From contig JAJXZT010000064.1 of NCBI GenBank assembly GCA_021779935.1, forward strand, positions 62,461 to 126,460: a stretch of 64,000 bases of DNA. The letters are read 5' to 3'. Below, one piece after another: positions 50,307 to 59,675 of the stretch. Under the pieces are notes generated by a model that saw only the letters and a program-made list of their open reading frames with translations, was not told the origin of the DNA and did not search any database. The stretch is from Acidobacteriota bacterium (GTDB lineage: Bacteria; Acidobacteriota; Terriglobia; Terriglobales; Acidobacteriaceae). Made by a program: the position numbers and the translations under genes. Positions within the stretch are counted from its first letter, which is position 1, and every line of letters starts with the position of its first letter.

Positions 50307-51725
50307 ATGGCAAATACGAATGTAAAGGTTGCAATCATCGGCGGTGGTCCAGGCGGTTACGCAGCGGCATTCCTGGCCGCGGACCTTGGTATGCAGGTCA
50401 CGCTGATTGACATGGAAAAAAATCCGGGCGGTGTGTGCCTGTATCGTGGGTGCATTCCGTCCAAGGCGTTGCTGCACGTGGCTGCGCTGATCAATGAATC
50501 GAAACACGCAGCGAACTGGGGCATTGAGTTCGGCGATCCGAAAATCGACATCGCGAAACTTCGCAGCTTCAAAGAGGGTGTGGTTACAAAGCTCACTGGC
50601 GGACTCGGCCAGCTCTCGAAGCAGCGCAAGGTGACGTACGTCCAGGGCAAGGCGAGCTTCGTGAACTCGACGACCTTGGAAGTGGAGAAGACGGCGGGTG
50701 GCAAGGAAAAGCTTAGCTTTGACAAGATCATCATCGCGACCGGATCAAGCCCTGCGCGACCAGGCCCGCTGGCTACACAGTCGCCGCGCATCTGGGATTC
50801 CACCGGCGCTCTGGAAATGCAGGAAGTGCCGAAGTCGCTGCTGGTGGTTGGCGGTGGCTACATCGGGTTGGAACTCGGGACCGTCTACGCCACGCTGGGC
50901 AGCAAGGTGGACGTGGTGGAAATGACGCCGGGACTTCTGCCTGGTGCAGATCGCGATCTGGTTGTGCCGCTGCAAAAGCGCGTCAGCAAAATTTTTGGCG
51001 AGATCATGCTCAACACGACGGTGATGGCGCTGAAGGACGACGTGAAGAGCGTAAAGGTTACATTCAAGATGCCTGACGGCACAACAGTAGAGAAGAGTTA
51101 CGATCGCGTGCTGGTGTCCGTGGGACGGCGTCCAAACTCGAAGATTCCTGGGCTGGAGAACACGAAGGTAAAGGTGAACGAGCGCGGATTCATCTCCGTG
51201 AACAAGCAACTCCAGACGAACGATCCCTCGATCTATGCGATTGGCGACGTGACTGGCGATCCGATGCTGGCGCACAAGGCATCGCACGAAGGCCGCACAG
51301 CGGTGGAGCACATTGCCGGGCACAAAGTCGCGTTCGAGCCGTACGCGATTCCGGCCGTCATTTTTACCGATCCCGAGATTGCCTGGGCAGGTCTGACGCA
51401 GGCCGAGGCAGAGAGCAAGGGAATCGAAGTGGAAGTTGCGAAATTCCCGTGGGGCGCCAGCGGACGCGCCGTGGCCCTGGACCGCACCGACGGCATGACG
51501 AAGCTGCTCATCGACAAGAAAACAGAACGCATTCTTGGCGGTGCGATTGTTGGACCGGGAGCAGGCGACATGATCGCCGAGGTCGTGCACGCCATCGAGA
51601 TGGGTGCGACGGCTTACGACATTGCCCACACGATTCATCCGCACCCGACGCTTTCCGAAACGATCATGGAAGCGGCCGAAGTCTTCTATGGAACCTCGAC
51701 GGATATGTATCGGCCGAAGAGGTAG
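50307..51725 (+). CDS. lpdA: dihydrolipoyl dehydrogenase E3
   Basis: 472 aa. FAD motif GGGPGGYAAA, redox-active disulfide GGVCLYRGCIPSK, NAD motif VVGGGYIGLE, and HAHPTLSE-type C-terminus (HPHPTLSE). Confidence 0.93.
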   Translation: MANTNVKVAIIGGGPGGYAAAFLAADLGMQVTLIDMEKNPGGVCLYRGCIPSKALLHVAALINESKHAANWGIEFGDPKIDIAKLRSFKEGVVTKLTGGLGQLSKQRKVTYVQGKASFVNSTTLEVEKTAGGKEKLSFDKIIIATGSSPARPGPLATQSPRIWDSTGALEMQEVPKSLLVVGGGYIGLELGTVYATLGSKVDVVEMTPGLLPGADRDLVVPLQKRVSKIFGEIMLNTTVMALKDDVKSVKVTFKMPDGTTVEKSYDRVLVSVGRRPNSKIPGLENTKVKVNERGFISVNKQLQTNDPSIYAIGDVTGDPMLAHKASHEGRTAVEHIAGHKVAFEPYAIPAVIFTDPEIAWAGLTQAEAESKGIEVEVAKFPWGASGRAVALDRTDGMTKLLIDKKTERILGGAIVGPGAGDMIAEVVHAIEMGATAYDIAHTIHPHPTLSETIMEAAEVFYGTSTDMYRPKR

Positions 51726-51746
51726 AAGTCTTTCACAACAATAGAC

Positions 51747-51779
51747 ATGGCCGCCGGTTTGCCGGCGGCCATTCTTTTC
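51747..51779 (+). terminator. strong rho-independent terminator after lpdA
   Basis: ATGGCCGCCGG-TTTG-CCGGCGGCCAT followed by TCTTTTCC. Confidence 0.8.
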
Positions 51780-51886
51780 CCGGAAAGGACTGGAAGGGAT
51801 CAACATAACCGCCAGTGAAGCACGTCCGTACATTTCACTTGTAACGTAATGGTCGGCATTCTGCTACCATTCGCCCGAGGGGAGCC

Positions 51887-54316
51887 GTGGTCGGCGAGAT
51901 TATCTCGCACTATCGCGTGTTGAGGCTGCTCGGTCGCGGCGGCATGGGTGTAGTGTACGAAGCCGAAGACACTCGCCTCGGGCGCAAGGTTGCGCTGAAG
52001 TTCCTGCCAGAAGATCTTACCCACGATGTTCACATCCTTGAACGATTCCGTCGCGAGGCACGCGCCGCATCGTCACTGAATCATCCAAACATCTGCACCA
52101 TCCACGACATTGCGGAGTACAAGGGCGTTCCTTACATCGTGATGGAATTGCTCGAGGGCGAGAGCTTGGCGACACGGCTCAAGCGCGGTCCTATGCCGGC
52201 GGAAGAAATCGTGGACATCGGCATTCAGATCGCGGACGCGCTCTACACGGCGCACGTGCAGGGCATAGTCCACCGCGACATAAAGCCGGGAAACATCTTC
52301 GTTAACGATCGCGGACAGGCGAAGATCCTCGACTTCGGCCTGGCGAAGTTGATAGCCGCGCCACGCATCGCCCATGAACCGATTGTAATTCTGCGAACAA
52401 CTCGCCACGGATCCGGTGATGAACCGATTACGGCGACGGGATCGATTGCAGGCACTTCGGCGTACATGTCGCCGGAACAGATACGAAACGAAGAACTCGA
52501 CGGCAGAGCGGACCTGTTTTCACTCGGCGTGGTGATGTACGAGATGGCAACTGGACACCGCCCATTCGGCGACCAGAATTCATTGCATACGCTTTCAGCG
52601 GTACTCGATAAGCGGCCAATTTCTCCGCATTCGTACAAGCCGGAAATTCCAGAAGAGTTTGAAGCCATAATAGGCCGTGCACTCGAAAAGGACCGACTGA
52701 GGCGGTACCAGAACTGCTCGGAGTTGAAAGCGGACCTTGTTCATCTGAAGCGAGTGTTTGATTCCGGTGAGACGCTTGGAATCCTGACGCCTGCGCCGCT
52801 GAGTAGAAAGACCCGAGCATTTCGCCGCGCAGGAACGAGAAGCATTGCTCTGCTTTCGGTGACGACAGGCGTGCTGTTGATGCTTGTTATCGTGCTGGGA
52901 TTGTGGTGGTACCGGCACAGTCCATTCTTCGGACCGAAGCGTCCCAGCATCGCTGTGTTGCCCTTTCAATCGATGGACCCAACAGATATTGGGCATGATT
53001 ATCTGCGGCTGGCGCTGGCGGAAGAAGTGACAACGATTCTGACGTACGCGCCGACATTGGAAGTTCGGCCTATCAATGTGAGCGGTCGCTACGCGAGCAA
53101 TTCCGATCCACAGAAAGTCGGAAAGGAATTGAAAGTTGGAACGGTGGTGACCGGCACGTACCTCTATCGCGATGGCAAATTGACAATCACCATCTCCGCG
53201 ATTGATGTGCCGTCGAACCGCGTGCTGTGGCAGAACGCGATGATCCTGCCGGCGCAAGACATGATCGCGATGCAGAAACAATTGGCGGTCGTGCTTCGAC
53301 TGGGATTGCTGCCGCTGATTGCGGGCAAGGGTACCGGATTCGAAGAGAGCACGCGGCCGAAAAATCCTGAAGCATACGATCTCTACCTGCGCAGTGCGGC
53401 GCTGCCGCATGATCCGGAGCCGAATAAGCAAGCGATTGCAATGCTGGAGAGGTCGGTGGGACTCGATCCGAGCTACGCGCCGGCATGGGATGCATTGGGC
53501 TTGCGATACTACTACGATTCACAATATGCGGGCGGAGGGGAGCAAGCGTTTGAACGAGCTGGCGCAGCTTACGAACGAGCAGTCGCGCTTGACCCAAACT
53601 TCATTCAGGCAGCGGCACACCTTATCCGCAACCAGGTGGAACGCGGAGAACTAACCGAGGCATACAACAGCGCGAAGGCTTTGTTGAAGAGGCGTCCAGA
53701 CAACGCGGAAGCCCACTTCACGATGGCGTATGTGTTGCGTTATGCGGGCCTGCTGCAGGAGTCGTCGAAGGAGTGCGATACCGCGTTGAAGCTCGATCCA
53801 GGAAATTACACGGTGCGTTCGTGTGCGTTCGGATTGTTCGAGATGGGTGAGGACAAACGCGCGACGGAGTACCTGGACCTGGATGCGGGCAGCGATTGGT
53901 ATCGAAACATGAAGCCCGCATTACTATTACGCGTCGGCGATTTGCAGGATGCGCAGAACGCGGCGCACGATATGACCGCGAACGACGTGTGGTTCGGACG
54001 GTTGTGGCAAGCGTGCCTTGATCAGAGGCCCGCGTCGGAGTTGAATGTGCTATCACTTCAGTATGAGCCGAAATTATTAGCGCAGCGCGATCCGGAATTT
54101 AGATATTTGCAGGGGTCGATGCTGGCGTGGTGCGGGCAGATGGATATTGCGTCGCGATTGATGCACAGCGCGATCCAGCAGAATTACTGCGCGGCGGAAG
54201 CACTGCAAGAAGACCCAGTGTTAAGGCGGTTCCGGACGCGTCCGGAGTATGGGCCGATGCTGACGAGCGCCGAAGCGTGCCAGAAACGCTTCGAGCAGGC
54301 TACCGATATCAAGTAG
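51887..54316 (+). CDS. Ser/Thr protein kinase with TM segment and C-terminal TPR-like domain
   Basis: 809 aa, GTG start after AGGGGAG. Hanks motifs GRGGMGVVY, VALK, HRDIKPGN, DFG and SPEQ. A TM helix (IALLSVTTGVLLMLVIVLGLWWY) is followed by a periplasmic-type module and TPR-like helices. Confidence 0.9.
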   Translation: MVGEIISHYRVLRLLGRGGMGVVYEAEDTRLGRKVALKFLPEDLTHDVHILERFRREARAASSLNHPNICTIHDIAEYKGVPYIVMELLEGESLATRLKRGPMPAEEIVDIGIQIADALYTAHVQGIVHRDIKPGNIFVNDRGQAKILDFGLAKLIAAPRIAHEPIVILRTTRHGSGDEPITATGSIAGTSAYMSPEQIRNEELDGRADLFSLGVVMYEMATGHRPFGDQNSLHTLSAVLDKRPISPHSYKPEIPEEFEAIIGRALEKDRLRRYQNCSELKADLVHLKRVFDSGETLGILTPAPLSRKTRAFRRAGTRSIALLSVTTGVLLMLVIVLGLWWYRHSPFFGPKRPSIAVLPFQSMDPTDIGHDYLRLALAEEVTTILTYAPTLEVRPINVSGRYASNSDPQKVGKELKVGTVVTGTYLYRDGKLTITISAIDVPSNRVLWQNAMILPAQDMIAMQKQLAVVLRLGLLPLIAGKGTGFEESTRPKNPEAYDLYLRSAALPHDPEPNKQAIAMLERSVGLDPSYAPAWDALGLRYYYDSQYAGGGEQAFERAGAAYERAVALDPNFIQAAAHLIRNQVERGELTEAYNSAKALLKRRPDNAEAHFTMAYVLRYAGLLQESSKECDTALKLDPGNYTVRSCAFGLFEMGEDKRATEYLDLDAGSDWYRNMKPALLLRVGDLQDAQNAAHDMTANDVWFGRLWQACLDQRPASELNVLSLQYEPKLLAQRDPEFRYLQGSMLAWCGQMDIASRLMHSAIQQNYCAAEALQEDPVLRRFRTRPEYGPMLTSAEACQKRFEQATDIK

Positions 54317-54553
54317 TAATCAGTTACTTCCGAGTATATTTTCCTATTGCACAAATCGATACTGGGCGGTGGCGGATCCGGCATGGGTTTGCCTCTTGAC
54401 AAAGACGAGCTCAGGAAAGGCGCCTCAGTTGGACGTTTTTGGCCGGAGGCAAGGCGAGGGACGTTGGTGCCATGCGGGAAACGATGGATGTGTCACTTGC
54501 GATACTGGAGATTCCGGGAAGAATGCGATAAGAAAGAGATGAGGCAGCTAAAG

Positions 54554-55096
54554 ATGACGCACGCGCAACTGGTGCAGGCTGGAGTGGAGTGGCTGCGGCG
54601 AGGATATCGCTGCGGCATCGTGCTCTCGGAACAGGGTTGCTCGAGTGGCGAGATGCCGGACGCAATCGGGTGGAAAGGCAGGAACCACTCGGTGATGGTG
54701 GAGTGCAAAATCAGCCGTGCGGATTTTCTGGCGGACGGCGGGAAATCGTGGCGCGTGAATGGCGCAATCGCGCTGGGATGCGAGCGCTATTACCTGGCGC
54801 CACGAGGGATGATCCGCGTGGAAGAGTTGCCGGAGGGATGGGGACTGCTGGAGTTCCACGGACGCAAGGTCGCGATGGTGAAGAAGTCGAAGAAGAACCT
54901 GCGACAGCCGGAAGGATTTATGAACGAGATGAACCTGTTGCTGGCAAGTCTGCGGCGGGTGGAGATCAGAATCGAGCCGCAGAGGATCACGGAGTTTCTG
55001 AAGTGGAAGAACCGGCTGGCTGAGTACAACGGTGGCGAACTGCCAGAAGGTGTGGTGGCCGAGGCGGAAGAAGAAAATACGCACCTGGTGAATTGA
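54554..55096 (+). CDS. MmcB-like PD-(D/E)XK nuclease-fold protein
   Basis: The track ORF begins at 54347. I prefer the ATG at 54554 (or 54539), because the upstream 69 codons look non-coding. Nuclease-fold motif: PDAIGW ... VMVECKISRADFLAD ... CERYYLAP ... LPEGWGLL. Confidence 0.55.
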   Translation: MTHAQLVQAGVEWLRRGYRCGIVLSEQGCSSGEMPDAIGWKGRNHSVMVECKISRADFLADGGKSWRVNGAIALGCERYYLAPRGMIRVEELPEGWGLLEFHGRKVAMVKKSKKNLRQPEGFMNEMNLLLASLRRVEIRIEPQRITEFLKWKNRLAEYNGGELPEGVVAEAEEENTHLVN

Positions 55097-55103
55097 GAAA
55101 AGA

Positions 55104-55131
55104 AGTTTCGAGTTTCCAGTTTCAAGTTTTG
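55104..55131. repeat. four tandem copies of a 7-mer AGTTTCN
   Basis: AGTTTCG AGTTTCC AGTTTCA AGTTTTG, starting 8 nt after the MmcB-like stop codon. Confidence 0.9.
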
Positions 55132-55179
55132 ACAATAAAGTATTCACATACATGGATATAGTGCGGGCGAGGTGAAGGG

Positions 55180-55332
55180 GTGGACGATAAGTTCAGGAAG
55201 AAAGTCTTCTGGTTACTCTGGGGGCTGGTGAGTGCGTTGTCGTACTTCATGTCGTTCGGCTGGGGAGCGGTGTGGACGATGGTGTCGCTGGTGCTGACGT
55301 GGTGGCTGGTGTACAAGTCGGGGATGATGTGA
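55180..55332 (+). CDS. possible 50-aa two-TM micro-protein
   Basis: Too short to appear in the ORF track. GTG start directly after GAGGTGAAGGG. Own translation: MDDKFRKKVFWLLWGLVSALSYFMSFGWGAVWTMVSLVLTWWLVYKSGMM. Third codon positions are G/C-rich. Confidence 0.35.
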   Translation: MDDKFRKKVFWLLWGLVSALSYFMSFGWGAVWTMVSLVLTWWLVYKSGMM

Positions 55333-55340
55333 GGAAAGAA

Positions 55341-55379
55341 GCTGCTAGCTATTAGCTACTAGCTGCTAGCTATTAGCTA
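55341..55379. repeat. 21-bp tandem duplication built from the palindrome TAGCTA
   Basis: GCTGCTAGCTATTAGCTA occurs at 55341-55358 and again at 55362-55379. The self-complementary hexamer TAGCTA occurs four times, plus one TAGCT. Confidence 0.9.
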
Positions 55380-55465
55380 AAAGCAAAAGCAAAAGCAAAA
55401 GCAAAGGCAAAGGCAAAGACAAAAGCAAAGGCAAAAGCAACAACAGCAAAGGCAACAACAAAGGC
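55379..55465. repeat. imperfect hexanucleotide microsatellite (AAAAGC/AAAGGC)n
   Basis: About 10 consecutive AAARRC-type hexamers degrade into AACAAC/AGCAAA units. The region lies between convergent genes. Confidence 0.9.
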
Positions 55466-55642
55466 GATGGCGCGGCGATGGCGATAACCGGTACAAGCAA
55501 AAAAGCCATGGATGCGACGGTCGCTTCTCTGTAGACCCATATCCACCAACAGAATGTTCAGTCCCATGACCTCCTTTACAGGATGTCTCACCCTGTCGCT
55601 GCGCGCGAGAGCAGGGCACGACGAGAGTTTGTGCGCTGGAAA

Positions 55643-55658
55643 GGGCGGGGGCTCGCCC
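55643..55658 (-). terminator. weak hairpin downstream of galM
   Basis: The minus strand reads GGGCG-AGCCCC-CGCCC followed by TTTCC. The stem and the T-tract are both short. Confidence 0.3.
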
Positions 55659-55683
55659 TCAAGTTCGATTCCACGAGGCAACG

Positions 55684-56793
55684 TTATCGCGTGGAGAATC
55701 GCAGCACGGTAATCGAGTGAAAGCGTTGTCCCGGTTTCAATTCTGTCGTGGGGAAGTTCGAGTGGTTCGGCGAATCCGGGTAGTGCTGCGTTTCCAGCGT
55801 AAGCCCGTAGTGCTTCTTGTAGACGTGCCCGCCTTTGCCCGTCAGCGTCCCATCCAGAAAATTGCCCGTGTAGAACTGGATGCCGGACTCGGTTGTGAAC
55901 ACCGTCAGCACGCGGCCGGTTGCAGGATCGTAAACTTCCGCGGCCTCGGCCAGTTTCCCGTTTTGGTTATCCAGTGCCCAGTTGTCGTCATAGCCCCTGG
56001 CAAAGTGCAGTTGCTGGTTATTTTCTCCGATGCGGGCGCCGATTACGGTCAGCTTGCGGAAGTCAAACGGCGTGTCCGCTACCGGGGCAATCTCTCCGGT
56101 CGGAATCTGCGTGGCGTCGGTTGGCGTGTAGTAGCTGGCGTTGATCTTTAACTCTTCGGGCAGGATGGTTCCGGTGCCCTGGCCCGCGAGATTGAAGTAC
56201 GAATGGTTGGTCAGGTTGAGGACCGTGTCCTTGTCCGTGGCGGCCGCGTACTCGATGCGCAGTTCGTTGCCCTGGAGCGTGTAGCGCACGGCGACGCGCA
56301 GCGTACCCGGATAGCCCTGATCGCCATCCTTACTGACATGGGTCAGTTCGACACCGTCCTTGATTTCCTTGGCTTTCCACACGACTTTATCGAAGCCCTT
56401 CAGGCCGCCGTGCAACGAGTTGGGGCCGTCGTTGACCGGGAGCGTATAGGTCTTGCCGTCGAGCGTGAACTTGGCGTGCGCAATGCGATTCGCGAAGCGC
56501 CCGATGATCGCTCCGAAGTACGCCGAATTTTCCGTCTTCACGTACTGGTCCAGCGAATCGAAACCGAGAACGATGTCGGCATCCCTGCCGTTGCGGCCGG
56601 GTGCCTGCAGCGCCTGAAGGATGCCGCCGTAAGTCATGATGCGGGCTTCGATCTTTCCGCTCTTGAGGGTGTAGATTTCGACGGGAGTTCCGTCCGGCAT
56701 CTTGCCGAACGGTTTCTTTGTCACCTTGGTGAAGTCGGATTGCGCTTGTACGAAAGTCGCCATCATCAGCAAGAGTAGCGCCCCAAGTTTCAT
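55684..56793 (-). CDS. galM: aldose 1-epimerase (galactose mutarotase), exported
   Basis: I prefer the ATG at 56793 (MKLGALLLLMMATFVQAQS signal peptide). Family segments are GRFANRIA, FTLDGKTYTL, NSLHGG, NLTNHSYFNL and YDDNWAL. Confidence 0.88.
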   Translation of the reverse strand: MKLGALLLLMMATFVQAQSDFTKVTKKPFGKMPDGTPVEIYTLKSGKIEARIMTYGGILQALQAPGRNGRDADIVLGFDSLDQYVKTENSAYFGAIIGRFANRIAHAKFTLDGKTYTLPVNDGPNSLHGGLKGFDKVVWKAKEIKDGVELTHVSKDGDQGYPGTLRVAVRYTLQGNELRIEYAAATDKDTVLNLTNHSYFNLAGQGTGTILPEELKINASYYTPTDATQIPTGEIAPVADTPFDFRKLTVIGARIGENNQQLHFARGYDDNWALDNQNGKLAEAAEVYDPATGRVLTVFTTESGIQFYTGNFLDGTLTGKGGHVYKKHYGLTLETQHYPDSPNHSNFPTTELKPGQRFHSITVLRFSTR

Positions 56794-57021
56794 TGTGTCC
56801 CCATGGCAGGCGAAGGAAGCCAAAGACTCTTAACCTGGGTTTCACACCGAATGCCGGAGGCCAGGTTCGGTTGACCACCGAACTCGCCGAAGCAAATACG
56901 GATGTCTGCCGGAACACCGGGACGAACCGCGTCAAGTTTGTTTCGGAAGAGTACGGATCACGATGATACATGAAGGGTGGGCCAGCCGCCTCCTTCCTTA
57001 TATTGCGCAGCACTCCCCACG

Positions 57022-59628
57022 TTATCGGCCAACAGCGGGGCGTGGTGTTGCCGGTTCCGAGATGATCGTCACGGTCGCTTCGTCGAGTCCTGACGAGCGA
57101 GCCAGCAGTTGCACCTCGCCCGGCTGTTTTGTGGCTTGGACAAATACGACACATAGTCCATTAAATGCGCGCCGGATGTTGCTCTTATCCGCCTCGTGAC
57201 TGCTGGGGTCCCCGTTGCCGACGCCGATGATTTTGCCGTACGCGCTGAGCACTCCTAGGGGCGGGCCCACGGGCTGCTCCGCGTCGCTGATGCGGCCTCC
57301 GCCGCCGTGGCGTGAGGCGTTCAGGCTGCCGGTGCCGCCGACGATGTGAAATGCGATCTCGTTACCCGCATAGGGAACGATTCGGCCTGCCGCGTCGACG
57401 ACCTCAACGGCGACAACCGAGACATCTTCGCCATCGGCAGAGATTCGCGCACGGTCTGGCCGCAACACGATGCGCGCCGGGGCGCCGGTGGTTTCGCGGC
57501 GCTCGGTGAGCACAACGCGTCCGCCCTTGTAGGCTCGGGCCTCGATGACGCCGGGAGCGTAGGGCACCTGCCATTCGAGGTGGCCGTTGTGCGGCACGTC
57601 CTGCGCGCCGAGGCTGCGGTTGTTGAGGAATAGCTCGACACGCTCAAGGGTGGAGTAGCACCAGACGTGTATGGGCTGGCCTTCGCGTCCCGCCCAGTTC
57701 CAGTGGGGAAACAGGTGCAGCATGGGGCGGTCGCGCCACCACGCGAGGTAATAGTAGTAGTTGTCCTTGGGGAAGCCGCAGGTGTCCATCAAGCCGAAGT
57801 GCGAACTGATGCATGGCCAGCCGTAGGGAGTGGGCTCGCCGCGATAGTCGAAGCCGGTCCAGACGAAGCCGCCCGAGAGAAACATCCGCTCATCATAGGT
57901 GCGCCACCAGTCTTCGGCGGTGGTGGCCCACGGCGGCGCGTAGAGATCGTAAGAGCTGACGTAGCCGAGTTCGGCGTCGTTGGCGTAGATACCGCGCGTG
58001 GAGACGGTGCTGGCCACCTCGGTCCCCACACTCGGCTGTGAAGGAAACTTCTGGTGATAAGCATCGATCTTCTCGGCCTTGCCGTAGTTAAATCCCTGCA
58101 CGTCGACAACACTGGAGAGCCCCAGTCCCCAGGAGTTATTCATGGCTTCGGTGACCAGTCGCGTGGGATCGAGACGTCGGGCAAGCCTCTTCATCGCCTT
58201 CGCGATGTTCGCGCCGCGCGGAGTTCCCTGGGCCGGTTCTTCGTTGCCGATGGACCAGATAACGACGCAGGGATGATTGCGGTCGCGACGGATCAGGCGG
58301 CTGAGCTGGCTGAGACCTTCGTCCGACGAAGAGAACATGCGCGTTTCATCCATAACCAGCATGCCGAGGCGGTCGCAGGCATCGAGCAGCTCCGGCGTTG
58401 GCGGATTGTGCGAAGTGCGATAGGCGTTCGAGCCCATCTCCTTGAGCTTCTCAATGCGATAGAACTGGATGCGATCAGGCAGCGCCGAGCCGAGTCCGGC
58501 ATGATCCTGATGGTTGCAGGTACCCTTCAGCTTTACTGGTTCGCCGTTGAGGAAGAAGCCATGGTTGGCGTCAAAGCGAATCGTCCGGATTCCGAAGGAC
58601 TGCTCGTAGCGATCGGAGACTCCGGCGGCGTTGGCGATGGTGACAATGGCGCGATAGAGGACGGGCTTATCGAGCGACCAAAGTTGCGCGTCCGGCACGG
58701 AGAACTTCTGGCGGCATGGCGCTTCGTCGTGGGCGTTGAGGGCATCGAGCGAAGTGGTTTGCCGAGCCACTGCCTTGCCATCAGGGTCGAAGATGACCGT
58801 CTCCACCTGGCAGGGCGAGGCATCGTCGTGGTCGTTTGCGATCTGCGAGACGACGGTGACCTCGGCGACAGAAGGCCGAACGGAAGTTGTAATCTGCACG
58901 CCCCACTGCGGCACATGCAACGGCGCGGTCTTTACCAGCCAGACATGACGATAGATGCCGGCGCCTTCATAGAACCAGCCCTCTTGTTCGGTCGCGTCCA
59001 CGCGCACGACCAGCACGTTGGGGCCACCGAAGTTGACGAAGTCGGTGATGTCATAACTGAAGGGCGCATAGCCGCTCAGATTGCAGCCCAGAAAATCACC
59101 ATTGAGCGCAACCATGGCGTTGCGGAACACTCCGTCGAACTCGAGCGAGATGCGCTTGCCGGCGTCCGAAGCTGGAATCTGGAAGACACGCCTGTACCAA
59201 CCAATGCTGGTTTCGGGATAGGCTCGTCCGATTGGCTTCGAGCCATGTTCGGTCAGTACACGATCTTCCACGAAAGGCAGTTCGACAGCCCAATCGTGCG
59301 GGAGATCGAGCGCGCGCCATTGGCTGTCGTCGAAATCAGACTGCGAGGGAGCGAAGAGATCGTTGGTCTTGGAGAACTCGGAGCGGCTGCCGTAGCCGAA
59401 ATCTTTTTCCGGATCGTTGGCGTTGCCGAGATGGAATCGCCAGCCGAAATCCATGAGCAGGCGTTCGCGCGGGCCGGCGACTTCCGAAAGCTGCTCTGTG
59501 TGCGCAGCGTGTTCCTGCGCTGACGGTATCTCCGCCGCAAGCAGACGGCTGGTGGCACCGGGCAACAGCGCGGAACCGGTAGTTGCTGCTCCAATCTTGA
59601 TGAAGTCTCTTCGCGTCCAGTCAGACAT
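57022..59628 (-). CDS. glycoside hydrolase family 2 (beta-galactosidase-like), Tat-exported
   Basis: I prefer the ATG at 59628 (GGGAG upstream). Tat signal MSDWTRRDFIKIGAATTGSALL. GH2 segments are LPHDWAV, YRTSHNPP, HPCVVIWSIGNEE and SEFG-type region TEVAST. The C-terminus contains beta-sandwich domains. Confidence 0.88.
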   Translation of the reverse strand: MSDWTRRDFIKIGAATTGSALLPGATSRLLAAEIPSAQEHAAHTEQLSEVAGPRERLLMDFGWRFHLGNANDPEKDFGYGSRSEFSKTNDLFAPSQSDFDDSQWRALDLPHDWAVELPFVEDRVLTEHGSKPIGRAYPETSIGWYRRVFQIPASDAGKRISLEFDGVFRNAMVALNGDFLGCNLSGYAPFSYDITDFVNFGGPNVLVVRVDATEQEGWFYEGAGIYRHVWLVKTAPLHVPQWGVQITTSVRPSVAEVTVVSQIANDHDDASPCQVETVIFDPDGKAVARQTTSLDALNAHDEAPCRQKFSVPDAQLWSLDKPVLYRAIVTIANAAGVSDRYEQSFGIRTIRFDANHGFFLNGEPVKLKGTCNHQDHAGLGSALPDRIQFYRIEKLKEMGSNAYRTSHNPPTPELLDACDRLGMLVMDETRMFSSSDEGLSQLSRLIRRDRNHPCVVIWSIGNEEPAQGTPRGANIAKAMKRLARRLDPTRLVTEAMNNSWGLGLSSVVDVQGFNYGKAEKIDAYHQKFPSQPSVGTEVASTVSTRGIYANDAELGYVSSYDLYAPPWATTAEDWWRTYDERMFLSGGFVWTGFDYRGEPTPYGWPCISSHFGLMDTCGFPKDNYYYYLAWWRDRPMLHLFPHWNWAGREGQPIHVWCYSTLERVELFLNNRSLGAQDVPHNGHLEWQVPYAPGVIEARAYKGGRVVLTERRETTGAPARIVLRPDRARISADGEDVSVVAVEVVDAAGRIVPYAGNEIAFHIVGGTGSLNASRHGGGGRISDAEQPVGPPLGVLSAYGKIIGVGNGDPSSHEADKSNIRRAFNGLCVVFVQATKQPGEVQLLARSSGLDEATVTIISEPATPRPAVGR

Positions 59629-59675
59629 TTCATTACTCCCGAGATGTAGTGAATCGACCAGCAACTCTGGAAGTC

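Noticed and set aside
54347-54553. N-terminal 69-codon extension of the MmcB-like ORF
   Set aside because: The extension has a Gly/Arg/Trp-rich, non-protein-like composition and no match to the nuclease fold. Internal ATGs at 54539 and 54554 give a protein that starts where the conserved domain starts.
55341-55465. Possible CRISPR array or coding KA/KS-repeat protein in the repeat tract
   Set aside because: The repeat units are only 6-21 nt with no unique spacers, so this is not a CRISPR array. The plus-strand (KA)n and (KS)n frames are closed by TAG codons immediately upstream and have no start codon.
55373-55681. 102-aa minus-strand ORF ending in (FA)n, starting 2 nt after the galM stop
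   Set aside because: It has a TTG start with no Shine-Dalgarno sequence. Its C-terminal third is simply the reverse translation of the AAAAGC microsatellite, and it contains the putative galM terminator hairpin.
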